DNA of 64,000 bases from Ignavibacteriota bacterium (GCA_963801355.1 CAWDEM010000008.1:928001-992000); one strand, 5' to 3'. Positions 1 through 10,422 are shown, counted from the first letter of the stretch. Notes: generated by a model not told the origin, from the letters alone. Numbers and translations are program-made.

Positions 1-666
1 GGCATCCTCGGGTTGATCGGGTGGACCTATCTCATCTGCTCTGCCGCATTTCTTCTGTTCGGGGCGAACATCCCGGCCCTGACCGCATTGCTCGCGCTCT
101 CCGTCTGCCTGTACATCGGCGACAGAGCCGGGGCGCTCGCCTTCCTCGGGCCGGTCAACGACGTGCTCTGGATCGGCGGGCATATCGGTGGACATGTTTC
201 CATTGCGGCAGCGGGCATGATTGCCGGACTTCTGTTCGCCCCATTGTCACCGGCGCCGACGTCCGGGGGGAAGGTGTACTGGCTCATCGGCATGGCCGTG
301 GCACTGGCCTGCGCCGGATACCTGCTGAGCCCACTTCACGGCATCTCCAAGAACATGGCGACACCAGCCTGGTCTCTGTACAGTGCTGCGATTTGCTGTC
401 TTGCGTTCATCGTGCTCTACTGGATTGCCGACATCCGCCTGAGAGGGAGTCTCTTCAAGTTCGCCGAACCTGCAGGCGCAAATCCACTTCTGGCCTATAT
501 ACTTCCTGACATATTCTATGGGATATTGGCCATCGTCGGAATTGAGCAGTTGTGGGGAGGGATCGGCTCAGGGATTCCGGGCATCGCCCGGTCGGTCGTT
601 TTCTCCCTGGCGATCGTGTGGCTGACTGGAAGGCTTACTCGGCTGGGACTGAGGCTAAAGTTGTAG
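1..666 (+). CDS. DUF5009/HGSNAT-like multi-pass membrane acyltransferase-family protein, 5'-truncated by the window edge
   Basis: Frame is open from base 1 (GILGLIGWTYL). Motifs GISKNMATPAW and AGANPLLAY; many hydrophobic segments. Confidence 0.65.
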   Translation, partial: GILGLIGWTYLICSAAFLLFGANIPALTALLALSVCLYIGDRAGALAFLGPVNDVLWIGGHIGGHVSIAAAGMIAGLLFAPLSPAPTSGGKVYWLIGMAVALACAGYLLSPLHGISKNMATPAWSLYSAAICCLAFIVLYWIADIRLRGSLFKFAEPAGANPLLAYILPDIFYGILAIVGIEQLWGGIGSGIPGIARSVVFSLAIVWLTGRLTRLGLRLKL

Positions 667-676
667 GGGTGGGGAT

Positions 677-738
677 GTTAGGCTTAAGTTAGGCTTTAAA
701 GTCAGGCTTCAAAGTCAGGCTTTAAGGTTTGGGTTTTT
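677..738. repeat. Short degenerate tandem repeat (~13-bp unit GT[C/T]AGGCTT[T/C]AAA) between convergent genes
   Basis: Units gttaggcttaa / gttaggctttaaa / gtcaggcttcaaa / gtcaggctttaag, then gtttgggttttt. A related copy lies at 14303-14365. Confidence 0.75.
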
Positions 739-763
739 GGGGAAGCTGCAGGAGGGGAGGAAT

Positions 764-1924
764 TTAGGATTTTATTCTGGGGGGTCTGAGCGGGAGCCTC
801 ATCCAGGCAAGGCCGATGTCACGACGGGTGTGCCCCTTCCCCTCTCCTTCGACCCCGTCATAGAAAAGGGCCAACCGTTCCCCGAAACGGATGACGCTCG
901 GGAGCCCGATCACCCGCTTTGACCATTTGCAGTTGCGGCCGTCCAACGCCACGGCCTTCTGCGACGGATCCCACTTCTCGATATCCTTCGACCAGTAGAC
1001 CCAGATGGCATCAGTATACTCGTCATCTCCCTCGTACCATCCAACATGGTTTGTGAAGAGGAACCATGTATCGTTGGCCTCTTCATAATAGAGTGCGGCA
1101 TTTTCGATCTGTTCTTCCAGAGGCAGGATCGGTTCGGGCGACATCACCCAGTTGCTGTCAAGATTCCGGGTCCTCGCTATGCCGAGTGTCCGCCTGATGG
1201 CACCATCGGTCAACACCGCTGCGCTGAAGAACTGCAGATACTCGCCATTGCGCTTGATAATCTGACCCGGACTGGTCGTATGGGAATAATACGTCCCGGG
1301 AACAGGACGGAGCGGAACGATGCCGCGCTGTTTTGTCCACGGACCGTAGGGCGTATGGCTATGTGCCTTCAGCGTCAGGTACGGCAGTGAGGGCACGCGT
1401 TCCGGCGGGGGCGAGGTGAACTGTGTTCCCAGGTAGAACATGTGCCATCCCGAGTCGTCCGCGACCGTGAGGCCATAGGAAGCACTCTTCGAGTCTTCCT
1501 CGCCTTCTTTTCCCAGGGCAAGCACGGGGCCGTCGACCTTCCAATTCAGGAGATCGGTTGAGCGGGCACGGACGGTCAGCCACCCTTGCGGTCCGGCACC
1601 GTCGTAGTGCATCAGGAAGTCGTTGCCTGCTCTGAAGACCCAGACATCCCGTGCACCATACAGATCGCAGCTGTCCGGACCCGATCCATGGCGAAGAACG
1701 ACGCCATGGTCCCGGGCATTCAAGCGATGATCGGAATGCGGCCGTCTGTCGACGTACCGGCTGGTCGTCCCGCAACCTGCAAGCAGCAGTGCAGCGGTCA
1801 ACAGCGCAAATCCTCCCACGTGATTCAAGGACGTCGCTGCGCGATGCCGGGGGGACCCGGGGAAATGCACGGGAGCGTGCGGGGTGTAAGCCCTTTCGAG
1901 GGCGTTGGCGACACTCTGGTTCAT
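764..1924 (-). CDS. Five-bladed beta-propeller glycoside hydrolase (GH32/43/130-like), probable lipoprotein; start uncertain
   Basis: Lipobox LLLAGC; motifs DLYGARDVWVF, MHYDGAG, IENAALYY, LFYDG..DIGLA. ATG 1924 lies just after the rmuC stop; TTG 1828 is an alternative start. Confidence 0.6.
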   Translation of the reverse strand: MNQSVANALERAYTPHAPVHFPGSPRHRAATSLNHVGGFALLTAALLLAGCGTTSRYVDRRPHSDHRLNARDHGVVLRHGSGPDSCDLYGARDVWVFRAGNDFLMHYDGAGPQGWLTVRARSTDLLNWKVDGPVLALGKEGEEDSKSASYGLTVADDSGWHMFYLGTQFTSPPPERVPSLPYLTLKAHSHTPYGPWTKQRGIVPLRPVPGTYYSHTTSPGQIIKRNGEYLQFFSAAVLTDGAIRRTLGIARTRNLDSNWVMSPEPILPLEEQIENAALYYEEANDTWFLFTNHVGWYEGDDEYTDAIWVYWSKDIEKWDPSQKAVALDGRNCKWSKRVIGLPSVIRFGERLALFYDGVEGEGKGHTRRDIGLAWMRLPLRPPRIKS

Positions 1925-1925
1925 A

Positions 1926-3140
1926 TCAAAGGCCGGGAGCTTCATCGGTATTCGCCTTCTCTTCATCTGCCTGCGGCAAAATGCCGCGTTGCTGCCGGAG
2001 ATCCTCGATCTGCTTGAGGGGGCGCTCAAGTGCGCGGCGTCTCGTGGAGATCAGTTGCTGGTATTCTGACTGTGCATCTTCGATGCGCTTCCCCATTTTC
2101 TCAAACCCCGCAACGAACAGCTCCCATTGCTTGCCAAAATTGCCGAGCAGAGACAGGATTTGGGCGGCGGTCTGTTCGAGGTTGAAATTGTCCACCGCCT
2201 GCCGGACCACCGCGAGAATGGCATACAGTGTCAGGGGTGAACAGAGAATGATCTTCTGTCGCAGGGCGTCATCCATCACCGTCCGATCGTTCTCGTTGAT
2301 GAACGCATAAATCTGTTCATTGGGAATAAAGACAAGCGCGTAATCGATGGTCTGCTCGGCGGGATTGACGTACCCGCGTCCCGTCACCTCTTTGATGCGA
2401 TTCCGCACATCGGAAAGGAATTTCCGCTTCGCCGCCTGCCGGTCGACTTCGGCCTCGGCCTCGATATACAGCATATAGTTGTCAAGCGGGAATTTCACGT
2501 CCATATTCAGACGCCGATTCTGTGGGAGTAAGAACGTGAAATCCGGGATAGTGGTTCCTCCGGGAACCGCACGCTGCTTGACATAGTTGATGCCTTCGAC
2601 GAATCCTGCCAGACGGAGCACATCTTCCGCCATACGCTGTCCCCATTGGCCACGGACGTCGCGGCTCGCGAGCGCGCGGCGCAGGTGCTCAGTGGTTTCA
2701 CGCAGCCGTTCTGTCTCCCCGGCGGTGCGGCGGAGCTGATCGGTCACCTCGCCAAACTTCTGCTCCCGGTCCCGTTCGAGCCCGCCGACCATATCCTGAA
2801 CGCTGGCGAGGTCCTTCTCGATCTGCATGAGTGACGCATCGATCAGTTCCTTTTTTCCTTCAAGATCCTTCTGGCCGGCCAGGGATTGGCGGGCGAGAGT
2901 CTCGTTTGCCAGGCGGAGGAATTCGTTGCTGTTCCGGGTGAGGGCATCGAGGGAGAGCGTACCGAAGGCATCTCTTACACGGTCAAGCAGGAGCTGCGTT
3001 TCGCGGGATCGTTGTTCGTTATTCTCCGCAAGCAATTGTGCGGCCACCTCCCGCGCGTGGCGTGCGTACAGCACACCGATGACAAGCACGATCAGCGCGC
3101 CCGCAACGGCACCCAGGATGAGAGCGAGAGTTGTGTCCAC
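1926..3140 (-). CDS. rmuC: DNA recombination protein RmuC
   Basis: N-terminal TM anchor, coiled coil, RGQWG, PD..DVKFP nuclease-like motif, FIPNE and SPLTL. Start GTG 3140 is estimated. Confidence 0.9.
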   Translation of the reverse strand: MDTTLALILGAVAGALIVLVIGVLYARHAREVAAQLLAENNEQRSRETQLLLDRVRDAFGTLSLDALTRNSNEFLRLANETLARQSLAGQKDLEGKKELIDASLMQIEKDLASVQDMVGGLERDREQKFGEVTDQLRRTAGETERLRETTEHLRRALASRDVRGQWGQRMAEDVLRLAGFVEGINYVKQRAVPGGTTIPDFTFLLPQNRRLNMDVKFPLDNYMLYIEAEAEVDRQAAKRKFLSDVRNRIKEVTGRGYVNPAEQTIDYALVFIPNEQIYAFINENDRTVMDDALRQKIILCSPLTLYAILAVVRQAVDNFNLEQTAAQILSLLGNFGKQWELFVAGFEKMGKRIEDAQSEYQQLISTRRRALERPLKQIEDLRQQRGILPQADEEKANTDEAPGL

Positions 3141-3299
3141 ATCTACCACAGGGGAGTCATCATGCCCAAATATACCTTCATTCGTCCTGCAAATCAAGGA
3201 ATCGTCGTTCGACTCGATCTATCAATCAGGCAACCAGGGAATCGAATCAGAACGCCCTCCAACGCTTCGCCCGGTGACCGGGAAAACCGGCCGGGCGCA

Positions 3300-3328
3300 T
3301 TGACATCACGGGCGCAGATTTGTATCAT
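3300..3328 (+). promoter_or_regulatory. Sigma70-type promoter of nitroreductase-tadA
   Basis: TTGACA-N17-TATCAT, with TG at the 3' end of the spacer. Confidence 0.6.
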
Positions 3329-3380
3329 GAGCATTGTCGCAACCGGAAGATCACACGCACAACACATCGGCGGAACCACT

Positions 3381-3890
3381 ATGGACGCACTTGAGGCATT
3401 GTTCAGCAGGAGGAGCATCCGCCGGTATCTCGCCGGCGAGGTCGGCCCGAACGACCTCAAACTGATTCTGCGGGCGGCCATGGCGGCCCCCTCCGCCGGC
3501 AACGAGCAGCCGTGGCACTTCGTCATCATCCGGGATCGGCAGACTCTCATCGAGCTCAGTACGACCCATCGCTACGCTGAGATGGTCGCACATGCTTCAC
3601 TGGCCATTCTCGTCTGTGCGGACATGAACATCGTGAAGCATACCGATTACTGGCCCCAGGATTGTGCGGCGGCAACGCAGAACATGCTCATTGCCGTACA
3701 CAGCCTCGGTCTCGGAAGCGTCTGGGTGGGAGTGTATCCACGGCAAGCCCGGATGGACGAGGTTCGCCGGGTCATTGCCCTCCCGGAGAACATCATTCCG
3801 TTCAGCTTGCTGCCCGTAGGCTTCCCCGATGAGAAGAAGGCCGGCGCCGACCGGTTCTTGACAGAGAGACTACATGAGGACAAGTGGTGA
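3381..3890 (+). CDS. Nitroreductase family protein
   Basis: [36 protein letters not shown]. The real start is ATG 3381, not the track start at 2886. Confidence 0.9.
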   Translation: MDALEALFSRRSIRRYLAGEVGPNDLKLILRAAMAAPSAGNEQPWHFVIIRDRQTLIELSTTHRYAEMVAHASLAILVCADMNIVKHTDYWPQDCAAATQNMLIAVHSLGLGSVWVGVYPRQARMDEVRRVIALPENIIPFSLLPVGFPDEKKAGADRFLTERLHEDKW

Positions 3891-4360
3891 ACGAGATCCT
3901 GCCCCCGCCCGACGATGAACGGTGGATGGAATACGCGCTGAAAGAGGCCGGCCAGGCATTGCGACGCAAAGAAGTGCCCATCGGCGCGGTACTTATACAG
4001 GAAAACCGGATCATCGGACGCGGATATAATCAGACGGAGTCGCTCCAGGACCCGACCGCCCATGCGGAGATGATTGCGATCACTGCAGCGGCGACGCATC
4101 TCGGGAGTCGCCGGCTGGAGGGATGCACGCTGTACGTCACCCTGGAGCCATGCGCGATGTGTGCCGGTGCGATCGTACTGGCGCGCATTCCAAGACTGGT
4201 ATTCGGCGCATTCGACCCCAAGGCCGGCGCGTGCGGCACACTGTACAATCTTGTTCAGGATGCCCGGCTGAATCACCGGGTGGAGATGGCGGGCGGGATC
4301 CTTGCGGAAAAGTGCGGGGGGATGCTAAAAGAATTTTTTGCGGGGGTACGGGACAAGTAG
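3887..4360 (+). CDS. tadA: tRNA adenosine(34) deaminase
   Basis: [28 protein letters not shown]; GTGA overlap with the upstream stop. Confidence 0.92.
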   Translation: MNEILPPPDDERWMEYALKEAGQALRRKEVPIGAVLIQENRIIGRGYNQTESLQDPTAHAEMIAITAAATHLGSRRLEGCTLYVTLEPCAMCAGAIVLARIPRLVFGAFDPKAGACGTLYNLVQDARLNHRVEMAGGILAEKCGGMLKEFFAGVRDK

Positions 4361-4366
4361 GCCCGG

Positions 4367-4409
4367 ACCAATGGACAATAGTCCATTGACCATTGACAAT
4401 TGTCAATCG
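4367..4409. repeat. Heptamer-based quasi-palindromic intergenic element between convergent tadA and prfA
   Basis: caatgga-caatagt-ccattga-ccattga-caattgt-caat. The reverse complement of 4376-4402 matches 45973-45999 at 26/27 nt. Confidence 0.75.
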
Positions 4410-4410
4410 A

Positions 4411-5481
4411 TCAGGCCCCGTCACCTTTGAGCTTTTCGGCGCGTTCGGCCACCTTCAGCTGCTCCAGCAGCTCGTCGAGACGGCCGTCGATGATTTCTGC
4501 GAGATTGTACAGGGTCACCCCGATCCGGTGATCGGTCACGCGGTTCTGCGGGAAGTTATAGGTCCGTATCTTTTCGCTCCGGTCGCCGCTCTTGACCATC
4601 ATCTTCCGCTGCGCTGCCACATCCCCCGTCTGTGACCGGACCGCCGCTTCATACAACTTGGCCCGGAGCATCTTCATGGCCCGCTCCCGGTTCTGAAACT
4701 GTGAGCGTTCCTGCCGGCAGACAACAATAATGCCGCTCGGTTTGTGCGTGATGCGCACCGCCGTCTCCACTTTGTTGACGTTCTGCCCTCCTTTGCCTCC
4801 CGAACGGAACGTATCAATTTCCAGGTCAATGGGATTGATATCCACATCCACCTGCTCGACTTCAGGAAGCACCGCCACCGTGGCCGCGGATGTATGCACG
4901 CGCCCCTGAGCTTCGGTTTCGGGTACCCGTTGCACCCTGTGCACACCGCTCTCAAACTTCATACTCCCGTACACATCTTCGCCGACGAGACCGAACGATA
5001 TTTCCTTTATTCCCCCGAGTCCGGTATCGTTGATGTCCAGCACATCCACCTTCCACCCTTTTTTCTCGGCAAAGCGGGAGTACATCCTGAAGAGATCAGC
5101 AGCAAACAGTGCAGCCTCATCGCCGCCCGTGCCGGCCCGGATCTCGACGATGACGTTCTTGCTGTCATTGGGGTCTCGCGGGATGAGCAGAACCTTCAGC
5201 TCCTCCTCCAGCGCCGCAAGCGTGGCTTTGGCCTCGTCCATCTCCGCGAGAGCCATCTGCTTCATCTCCGCATCCCCCGAATGGTCCACGATTTCCTTGA
5301 GACCGTTCAGGTCCGTCTGCGCTTTTATATAGCGCCGGTACGCGTGCATGAGAGGTGTGAGGTCGCTGTGTTCCTTGCTGAGCTGTCTCATCCGGTCCTG
5401 GTTTCCCAGTGTGGCTGGGTCGCTCAGCAGACGGGTCAATTCCTCGTAGCGTTTCACCACCTGATCGAGTCGACGGAGCAT
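4411..5481 (-). CDS. prfA: Peptide chain release factor 1
   Basis: GGQ motif ([11 protein letters not shown]), RF1-type PxT motif (RVPETE), [25 protein letters not shown]. Confidence 0.96.
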   Translation of the reverse strand: MLRRLDQVVKRYEELTRLLSDPATLGNQDRMRQLSKEHSDLTPLMHAYRRYIKAQTDLNGLKEIVDHSGDAEMKQMALAEMDEAKATLAALEEELKVLLIPRDPNDSKNVIVEIRAGTGGDEAALFAADLFRMYSRFAEKKGWKVDVLDINDTGLGGIKEISFGLVGEDVYGSMKFESGVHRVQRVPETEAQGRVHTSAATVAVLPEVEQVDVDINPIDLEIDTFRSGGKGGQNVNKVETAVRITHKPSGIIVVCRQERSQFQNRERAMKMLRAKLYEAAVRSQTGDVAAQRKMMVKSGDRSEKIRTYNFPQNRVTDHRIGVTLYNLAEIIDGRLDELLEQLKVAERAEKLKGDGA

Positions 5482-5487
5482 TGTATT

Positions 5488-6471
5488 TCAGGCCTCCGTT
5501 GGGAGGGCGGGTGAAGGGGCCGGGGTTTCTTGCCAGTCAGGCGCGAGTGAAGCCCGGAGTGCCGTGAGCGCCACCTCCAGCTGGCGGTCATCCGGTTCCC
5601 TGGTGGTGATGCGCTGCAGCCAGAGTCCCGGTGCCGAAAGCCAGCGGGCCCATGTACGATGCGCGTTCCGCGCAGAGAGGCGGATCACTTCGTAGGAAAG
5701 TCCGGCAATACAAGGCACAAGCGGGAGGTGGACAGCGAGGCGGATCCAGATGGTGATGGATCCCCTCCACTGGATGACAAGCGCATCCACGATCGCAAAG
5801 AAGAGGATGGCGCTCAGCATGACGATGAGCAGAAAACTGGTTCCGCAGCGCGGGTGAAACCGGGAGCACATCCCCGCTTCGCGCACCGAGAGGTCGCGGC
5901 CCAGCTCATACGCAAAGACACTTTTGTGTTCCGCCCCGTGATACGCGAAGAGCCTCTGGATATCCTGTAGTTGCGCAATGACTGCAAGGTACACCAGGAA
6001 GACGATCATGCGGATAATGCCCGCAGCCAGATTGAACAGCAGCGGATTCCCTTCCACATCGAAAAGAAACGTCGCGAGGAACAGGGGTGTAACAAAGAAC
6101 AGCAGGAGACCGAACAGGAGTGCGATGATCACGGTGGCGGCGAGCGCGAGGTTGCCGGACTTCTTCGGTTTCACTCCATTCTTGCCGGGGACATCCTGCA
6201 TCGCGATGTCCGCGGAGAAATTCAGTGCACGCATGCCGACGAAGAGCATTTCGATCATACCCACTGCGCCCCGGAGGAACGGGAGGGCAAACAGCTTGAT
6301 GCGTGAGGCGACCGGTGAGAACTCTTCGGTCTGCACGGCGATCGTGCCGTCCGCACGCCGCACTGCAGTCGCGATGCGTCCCGGGCCGCGCATCATGACA
6401 CCTTCGAGAACTGCCTGGCCGCCCAGGAGTATTGACGACTCGGAGACTTTGTCTGGTTTGGATGTGATCAT
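5488..6471 (-). CDS. DUF1385 (YqhQ-like) membrane protein
   Basis: GGQAVLEGVMM, YHGAEHK, HPRCGTSF, TTREP. Confidence 0.88.
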   Translation of the reverse strand: MITSKPDKVSESSILLGGQAVLEGVMMRGPGRIATAVRRADGTIAVQTEEFSPVASRIKLFALPFLRGAVGMIEMLFVGMRALNFSADIAMQDVPGKNGVKPKKSGNLALAATVIIALLFGLLLFFVTPLFLATFLFDVEGNPLLFNLAAGIIRMIVFLVYLAVIAQLQDIQRLFAYHGAEHKSVFAYELGRDLSVREAGMCSRFHPRCGTSFLLIVMLSAILFFAIVDALVIQWRGSITIWIRLAVHLPLVPCIAGLSYEVIRLSARNAHRTWARWLSAPGLWLQRITTREPDDRQLEVALTALRASLAPDWQETPAPSPALPTEA

Positions 6472-6505
6472 GATCTTTCAAGCTACTAGTTTGGAGAGAC
6501 AATTG

Positions 6506-8005
6506 CTATTCGTCGATCGAAGGCGGTGCACTCCGGGCTCTCGACACTCCGAGGGAACCGGCCATTCCCGCGAGGAGTTTCAATTCGCCCGGGACGTAGA
6601 ATTTCAAGCCGTACAGCAGCAGCGGGAACAAGAGAACCAACGCGCCCTTGAGTACGAGTCCGCCGGGAGCGCTCCCCGCAAGCAGTCCCGCAACGATGAC
6701 CACGGTTGCCGCACACGCGATCTTCGCAAGTCTCCCCCACTCATAGGGGACAGGATAGATGCGTCTCACGATCCCATACAGCATCACCGCCATCACGAAG
6801 TAACTGAGGAGAGTGGCTACTGCCGCGCCCATGAGACCCCACGGCGGGATGAGCAGGAAGTTGGCAACCACATTGACCGCGGCAGCCGTGAAGGTCACAC
6901 CCGGGAGAAGCGCGGTACGTTTGGTGATATAGATACCGGCAATCAAGTTGTTATAAATGCCCAGAAACAGGTATGCGAGGAGGATCACCGGCACGATCTC
7001 CAGGCCGGCCCAGAATTTCGGCGCGATCAGTGATTTGCCAAAGAAAATGTGCCATTTCACGGCATCCCCGAGAAACAACGTGAGCACGACGAGCACGCCG
7101 GAGAGCACGAGCACCACGTATGTCATCACCCGGGCAAACAGCGGGCGTGCGTCAGGATCGTCCGCATGTGTCAGAAAGAACGGGCGCCATGCGAAATCGA
7201 ACATGGAGACCAGGAGCATCATGAAAATGCCCAGCCGGTAGTTCGCCTGGAACACCCCCACGGCGGCAGCGCCGCTGAGGGCCTTCATGATGGGCCGGTT
7301 GATGACCTGAATCATCATCCCCGCGATTCCCGATGGCATCGACGGCAGTCCGAACCGCAGCAGGGCCGGCAGAAGCGGCGAAGGCAGCGAGAAGGTGAGA
7401 TTCTTCAGAATCACGGGGAGGAGCATCAGCAGGCTCGCCGCCGAGGAGGCCACGCCGCTCAGGAATATGCCTTCCACGCCCATATTCAGAACAAAGAGGG
7501 AAACGATATTCAGAGCCACATTGAGAACGATACTTGCGATTTTCACCGCGGCGAAGAGTTTCGCTTTTGACTCCATGCGCAGCATCGCAAACGGGATGAG
7601 TGTCGCCGCGTCGAAGAACAGGATCATTCCGGCACACGGAAGCACGCGATCGTAGATGCCCGGGACATCCAGAAGCTCCGCAAGGGGGGAAGCGAAGCCA
7701 ACGATGAGCAGTGTGAAGAGAGTCGATGTAGCAAGCACCGCAAGGAACGGCACGCTGAAGACCTGTTTCCTGTCACCGATTTCCCGGGTGGCATAATACT
7801 TCATAAACGCGCCTTCCATGCCGTAGCCGTAGATCACATTGAGGAAGGCGATATACGCGTAGACGTACGCCACGATGCCGAGATCCGCGGCGGAGAGTGC
7901 GTACGTATAGAGAGGCGTCAGGATGAAGGTGAGGAACCGCCCCAGAATCGTGCTGATTCCGTAGATGGCGGTCTCGGTCCCCAGGCGCTTGATCTTATCC
8001 AGCAT
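6506..8005 (-). CDS. Oligosaccharide flippase (Wzx/MOP family)
   Basis: About 14 hydrophobic segments; N-terminal IYGISTILGR..LTPLYT; AWRPF. Confidence 0.85.
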   Translation of the reverse strand: MLDKIKRLGTETAIYGISTILGRFLTFILTPLYTYALSAADLGIVAYVYAYIAFLNVIYGYGMEGAFMKYYATREIGDRKQVFSVPFLAVLATSTLFTLLIVGFASPLAELLDVPGIYDRVLPCAGMILFFDAATLIPFAMLRMESKAKLFAAVKIASIVLNVALNIVSLFVLNMGVEGIFLSGVASSAASLLMLLPVILKNLTFSLPSPLLPALLRFGLPSMPSGIAGMMIQVINRPIMKALSGAAAVGVFQANYRLGIFMMLLVSMFDFAWRPFFLTHADDPDARPLFARVMTYVVLVLSGVLVVLTLFLGDAVKWHIFFGKSLIAPKFWAGLEIVPVILLAYLFLGIYNNLIAGIYITKRTALLPGVTFTAAAVNVVANFLLIPPWGLMGAAVATLLSYFVMAVMLYGIVRRIYPVPYEWGRLAKIACAATVVIVAGLLAGSAPGGLVLKGALVLLFPLLLYGLKFYVPGELKLLAGMAGSLGVSRARSAPPSIDE

Positions 8006-8861
8006 GAGGTGCCAGCTCGAGGGATATATCCAGAGCCTTCACGGAGTGTGTCAGTGCGCCGATGGAAATCACATCGACACCAGTTTCCGCAACGGCGCGG
8101 ACGTTCGCGAGGGTGATGCCGCCCGACGCTTCCACTTCCACCCTGTGGCCGACAATCTGCACGGCTTCACGCATAGTCGCGGGGTCGAAGTTATCGAGCA
8201 TGATGCGCGTCAGACCAGTGCACTGCAGCGCCTCCCGCACCTGGTCCAGTGACGTCGTTTCGACTTCTATACCCATGGAAAGTCCGCGGGCGCGCAGATA
8301 CGCAACACAGCGATCCACTGCGATGGTGAGGCTTCCTGCGGCGGCAATGTGGTTGTCTTTGATGAGCACCATATCGTCAAGACCGAAGCGATGATTGACG
8401 CCGCCCCCGGTCTTCACCGCCAGCTTGTCGAGCCAGCGGAGTCCCGGCACGGTCTTGCGTGTATCGGTGATACGCGCCCGTGTCCCGGCAACGGCATCCA
8501 CATAGAGGCGCGTCGCGCTTGCGATACCGCTCATGCGCTGGAGGAAATTCAGCGCAGTGCGTTCGCCACGGAGGATGGCGCGCACGGGTCCGCGCACTTC
8601 AGCAAGGCGATCCATCCGCCGTACGGCGGCTCCATCCTTGACTGCAGGAAGGAACTCCATTTTCTCTTCGCACAGGAAAAACACGAGCGCCGCGACGTCA
8701 AGTCCGGCAACAACGCCGTCTTCCTTGCAGAGAAAGATCCCTTCTCCCGTCTGTAATTCAGGGACGGTGGCATTGCCGGTGACGTCCCCGAGCCCGACGT
8801 CTTCGAGCAGCGCGGATTCAACTGCCCGGAGGATCCGGCCGTCTTCAAGGGCGGGTTTCAT
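7995..8861 (-). CDS. nadC: Nicotinate-nucleotide diphosphorylase (quinolinate phosphoribosyltransferase)
   Basis: ERTALNFLQRMSGIA, DTRKT, LIKDNH, IMLDNF, EASGGI; GGAGG RBS before ATG 8861. Confidence 0.95.
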   Translation of the reverse strand: MKPALEDGRILRAVESALLEDVGLGDVTGNATVPELQTGEGIFLCKEDGVVAGLDVAALVFFLCEEKMEFLPAVKDGAAVRRMDRLAEVRGPVRAILRGERTALNFLQRMSGIASATRLYVDAVAGTRARITDTRKTVPGLRWLDKLAVKTGGGVNHRFGLDDMVLIKDNHIAAAGSLTIAVDRCVAYLRARGLSMGIEVETTSLDQVREALQCTGLTRIMLDNFDPATMREAVQIVGHRVEVEASGGITLANVRAVAETGVDVISIGALTHSVKALDISLELAPHAG

Positions 8862-9012
8862 GATCCTCCACAATCATGATCGGGATATCGTTTCGTACCG
8901 GGTAGACGATTCCGCACCGGGTGCAGGTCAGGGTTTCCTTTTCCGGCGCATAGAGCAGATCGCTTTTGCATTTCGGACAGCAGAGAATGCCGAGCAGGTC
9001 TTTCCTGAGCAT
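8845..9012 (-). CDS. Trm112/YcaR (UPF0434) family small zinc-ribbon protein, 55 aa, absent from the ORF track
   Basis: Manual translation MLRKDLLGILCCPKCKSDLLYAPEKETLTCTRCGIVYPVRNDIPIMIVEDHETRP: two CxxC pairs and a YPVxxxIPIM motif. TGATG coupling to the upstream gene. Confidence 0.88.
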   Translation of the reverse strand: MLRKDLLGILCCPKCKSDLLYAPEKETLTCTRCGIVYPVRNDIPIMIVEDHETRP

Positions 9013-9443
9013 CACGGTTCCCTGCGCTGCGGCCGTTGCAGCGCGTTTTCGACAAGTTCAAGGAAATGTGCAGGCGCGCGGGTGGGTTTGCCGGTTTCTG
9101 CATGCACAAAGCTGTGGATGGTATACCCTTCCGCCACCACTTCCGTGCGCGTTTCGTTGAATATGCGGTAGTCCAGACGAACCCGGGCCACCGGTTTGTC
9201 CTTCATGACGGTGACAATGTGCAACAATTCGTCGTAGCGCGCGGGTTTCTTGTACACCGCGTGGGCCTCAATCACCGGGAGCTGATACCCCATTGCCTCA
9301 AATTCGGGATATGGCAGGCCGATGTCACGCATCAGATCGGAACGTCCCTGCTCAAAATAGGCGAAGTAGACACCGTAGTAGGCGTGACGCATCTGGTCGG
9401 TATCTGCATAACGTACGCGAAGACTGCTTGTACATTCAATCAT
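9012..9443 (-). CDS. Acyl-CoA thioesterase, YbgC/FadM hotdog family
   Basis: RVRYADTDQM..YYGVYFAYFEQGR, YKKPARYDE. Confidence 0.9.
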   Translation of the reverse strand: MIECTSSLRVRYADTDQMRHAYYGVYFAYFEQGRSDLMRDIGLPYPEFEAMGYQLPVIEAHAVYKKPARYDELLHIVTVMKDKPVARVRLDYRIFNETRTEVVAEGYTIHSFVHAETGKPTRAPAHFLELVENALQRPQRREP

Positions 9444-9458
9444 GCTCTTCTCTCCTCA

Positions 9459-10409
9459 TCATCCGACAAATACTCCCATCTTCGAGAACTTCTCTATTCT
9501 TCGTTCGACGAGCCGTTCGGGTTTCACTTTTTTCAGGGTCTTCATTTCCGAGATCAGGATTTCCTTCAGGATCTTGGCCATCTGCTGGTGGTCCCGATGT
9601 GCGCCGCCGAGCGGCTCCGGCACGATGAGATCGATGATACCCGCCTTTTTGAGATCGGGGGCGGTAAGTTGCAGCGCTTCCGCGGCCTGCTCCTTGTAGT
9701 CCCAGCTCCGCCAGAGAATGCTCGAACAGGATTCGGGAGAAATGACGGAGTACCACGCGTACTCGAGCATCAGGATGCGGTCTCCCACACCGATGCCGAG
9801 CGCGCCGCCGGAGGCGCCCTCACCGATAATCACCACGATGATCGGGGTTTTCAACCGGGCCATTTCGAAAAGGTTCCGTGCGATCGCCTCCGCCTGTCCG
9901 CGCTCTTCGGCCTCCAGCCCCGGGAACGCCCCGGGGGTATCGAGGAGAGTGATCACCGGCTTGCCGAATTTTTCCGCTAGCTTCATCAACCGGAGGGCCT
10001 TCCTGTAGCCTTCCGGATTGGACATGCCGAAATTGCGGTAGAGGTTTGACTTCGTGTCGCGCCCCTTTTGCTGGCCGATGATCAGCACCGACTGGTCATC
10101 GATGCGTGCGAAGCCGCCGACCACCGCCTTGTCGTCGCGATACGCCCGGTCACCGTGCAACTCAATGAAATCCTGGGTCATCAGATGGATGTAGTCCAGC
10201 GTGTACGGTCGATCGGAATGGCGGGCAAGTTGCACTTTTTGCCAGCGTGTCAGTCCGGAATAAACGCTTTGCTGCAGCTGCCGAACACGACCTTCAATCC
10301 TGGCGATTTCCTGCACGACGTCGGGGTTGTCCGCATACTTCCGCATCTCTTCGATCTTCCGCTCAAGTTCGAGGATGGGCTTTTCAAAATCCAATACCAT
10401 TTTTGCCAT
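9459..10409 (-). CDS. accA: Acetyl-CoA carboxylase carboxyltransferase subunit alpha
   Basis: [41 protein letters not shown]. Confidence 0.97.
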   Translation of the reverse strand: MAKMVLDFEKPILELERKIEEMRKYADNPDVVQEIARIEGRVRQLQQSVYSGLTRWQKVQLARHSDRPYTLDYIHLMTQDFIELHGDRAYRDDKAVVGGFARIDDQSVLIIGQQKGRDTKSNLYRNFGMSNPEGYRKALRLMKLAEKFGKPVITLLDTPGAFPGLEAEERGQAEAIARNLFEMARLKTPIIVVIIGEGASGGALGIGVGDRILMLEYAWYSVISPESCSSILWRSWDYKEQAAEALQLTAPDLKKAGIIDLIVPEPLGGAHRDHQQMAKILKEILISEMKTLKKVKPERLVERRIEKFSKMGVFVG

Positions 10410-10422
10410 GCTGGACCCTCCG

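Noticed and set aside
3268-3297. GC hairpin CGCCCGG..CCGGGCG upstream of the nitroreductase promoter
   Set aside because: It has no U-tract, occurs once in the window, and such hairpins are common at this GC content.
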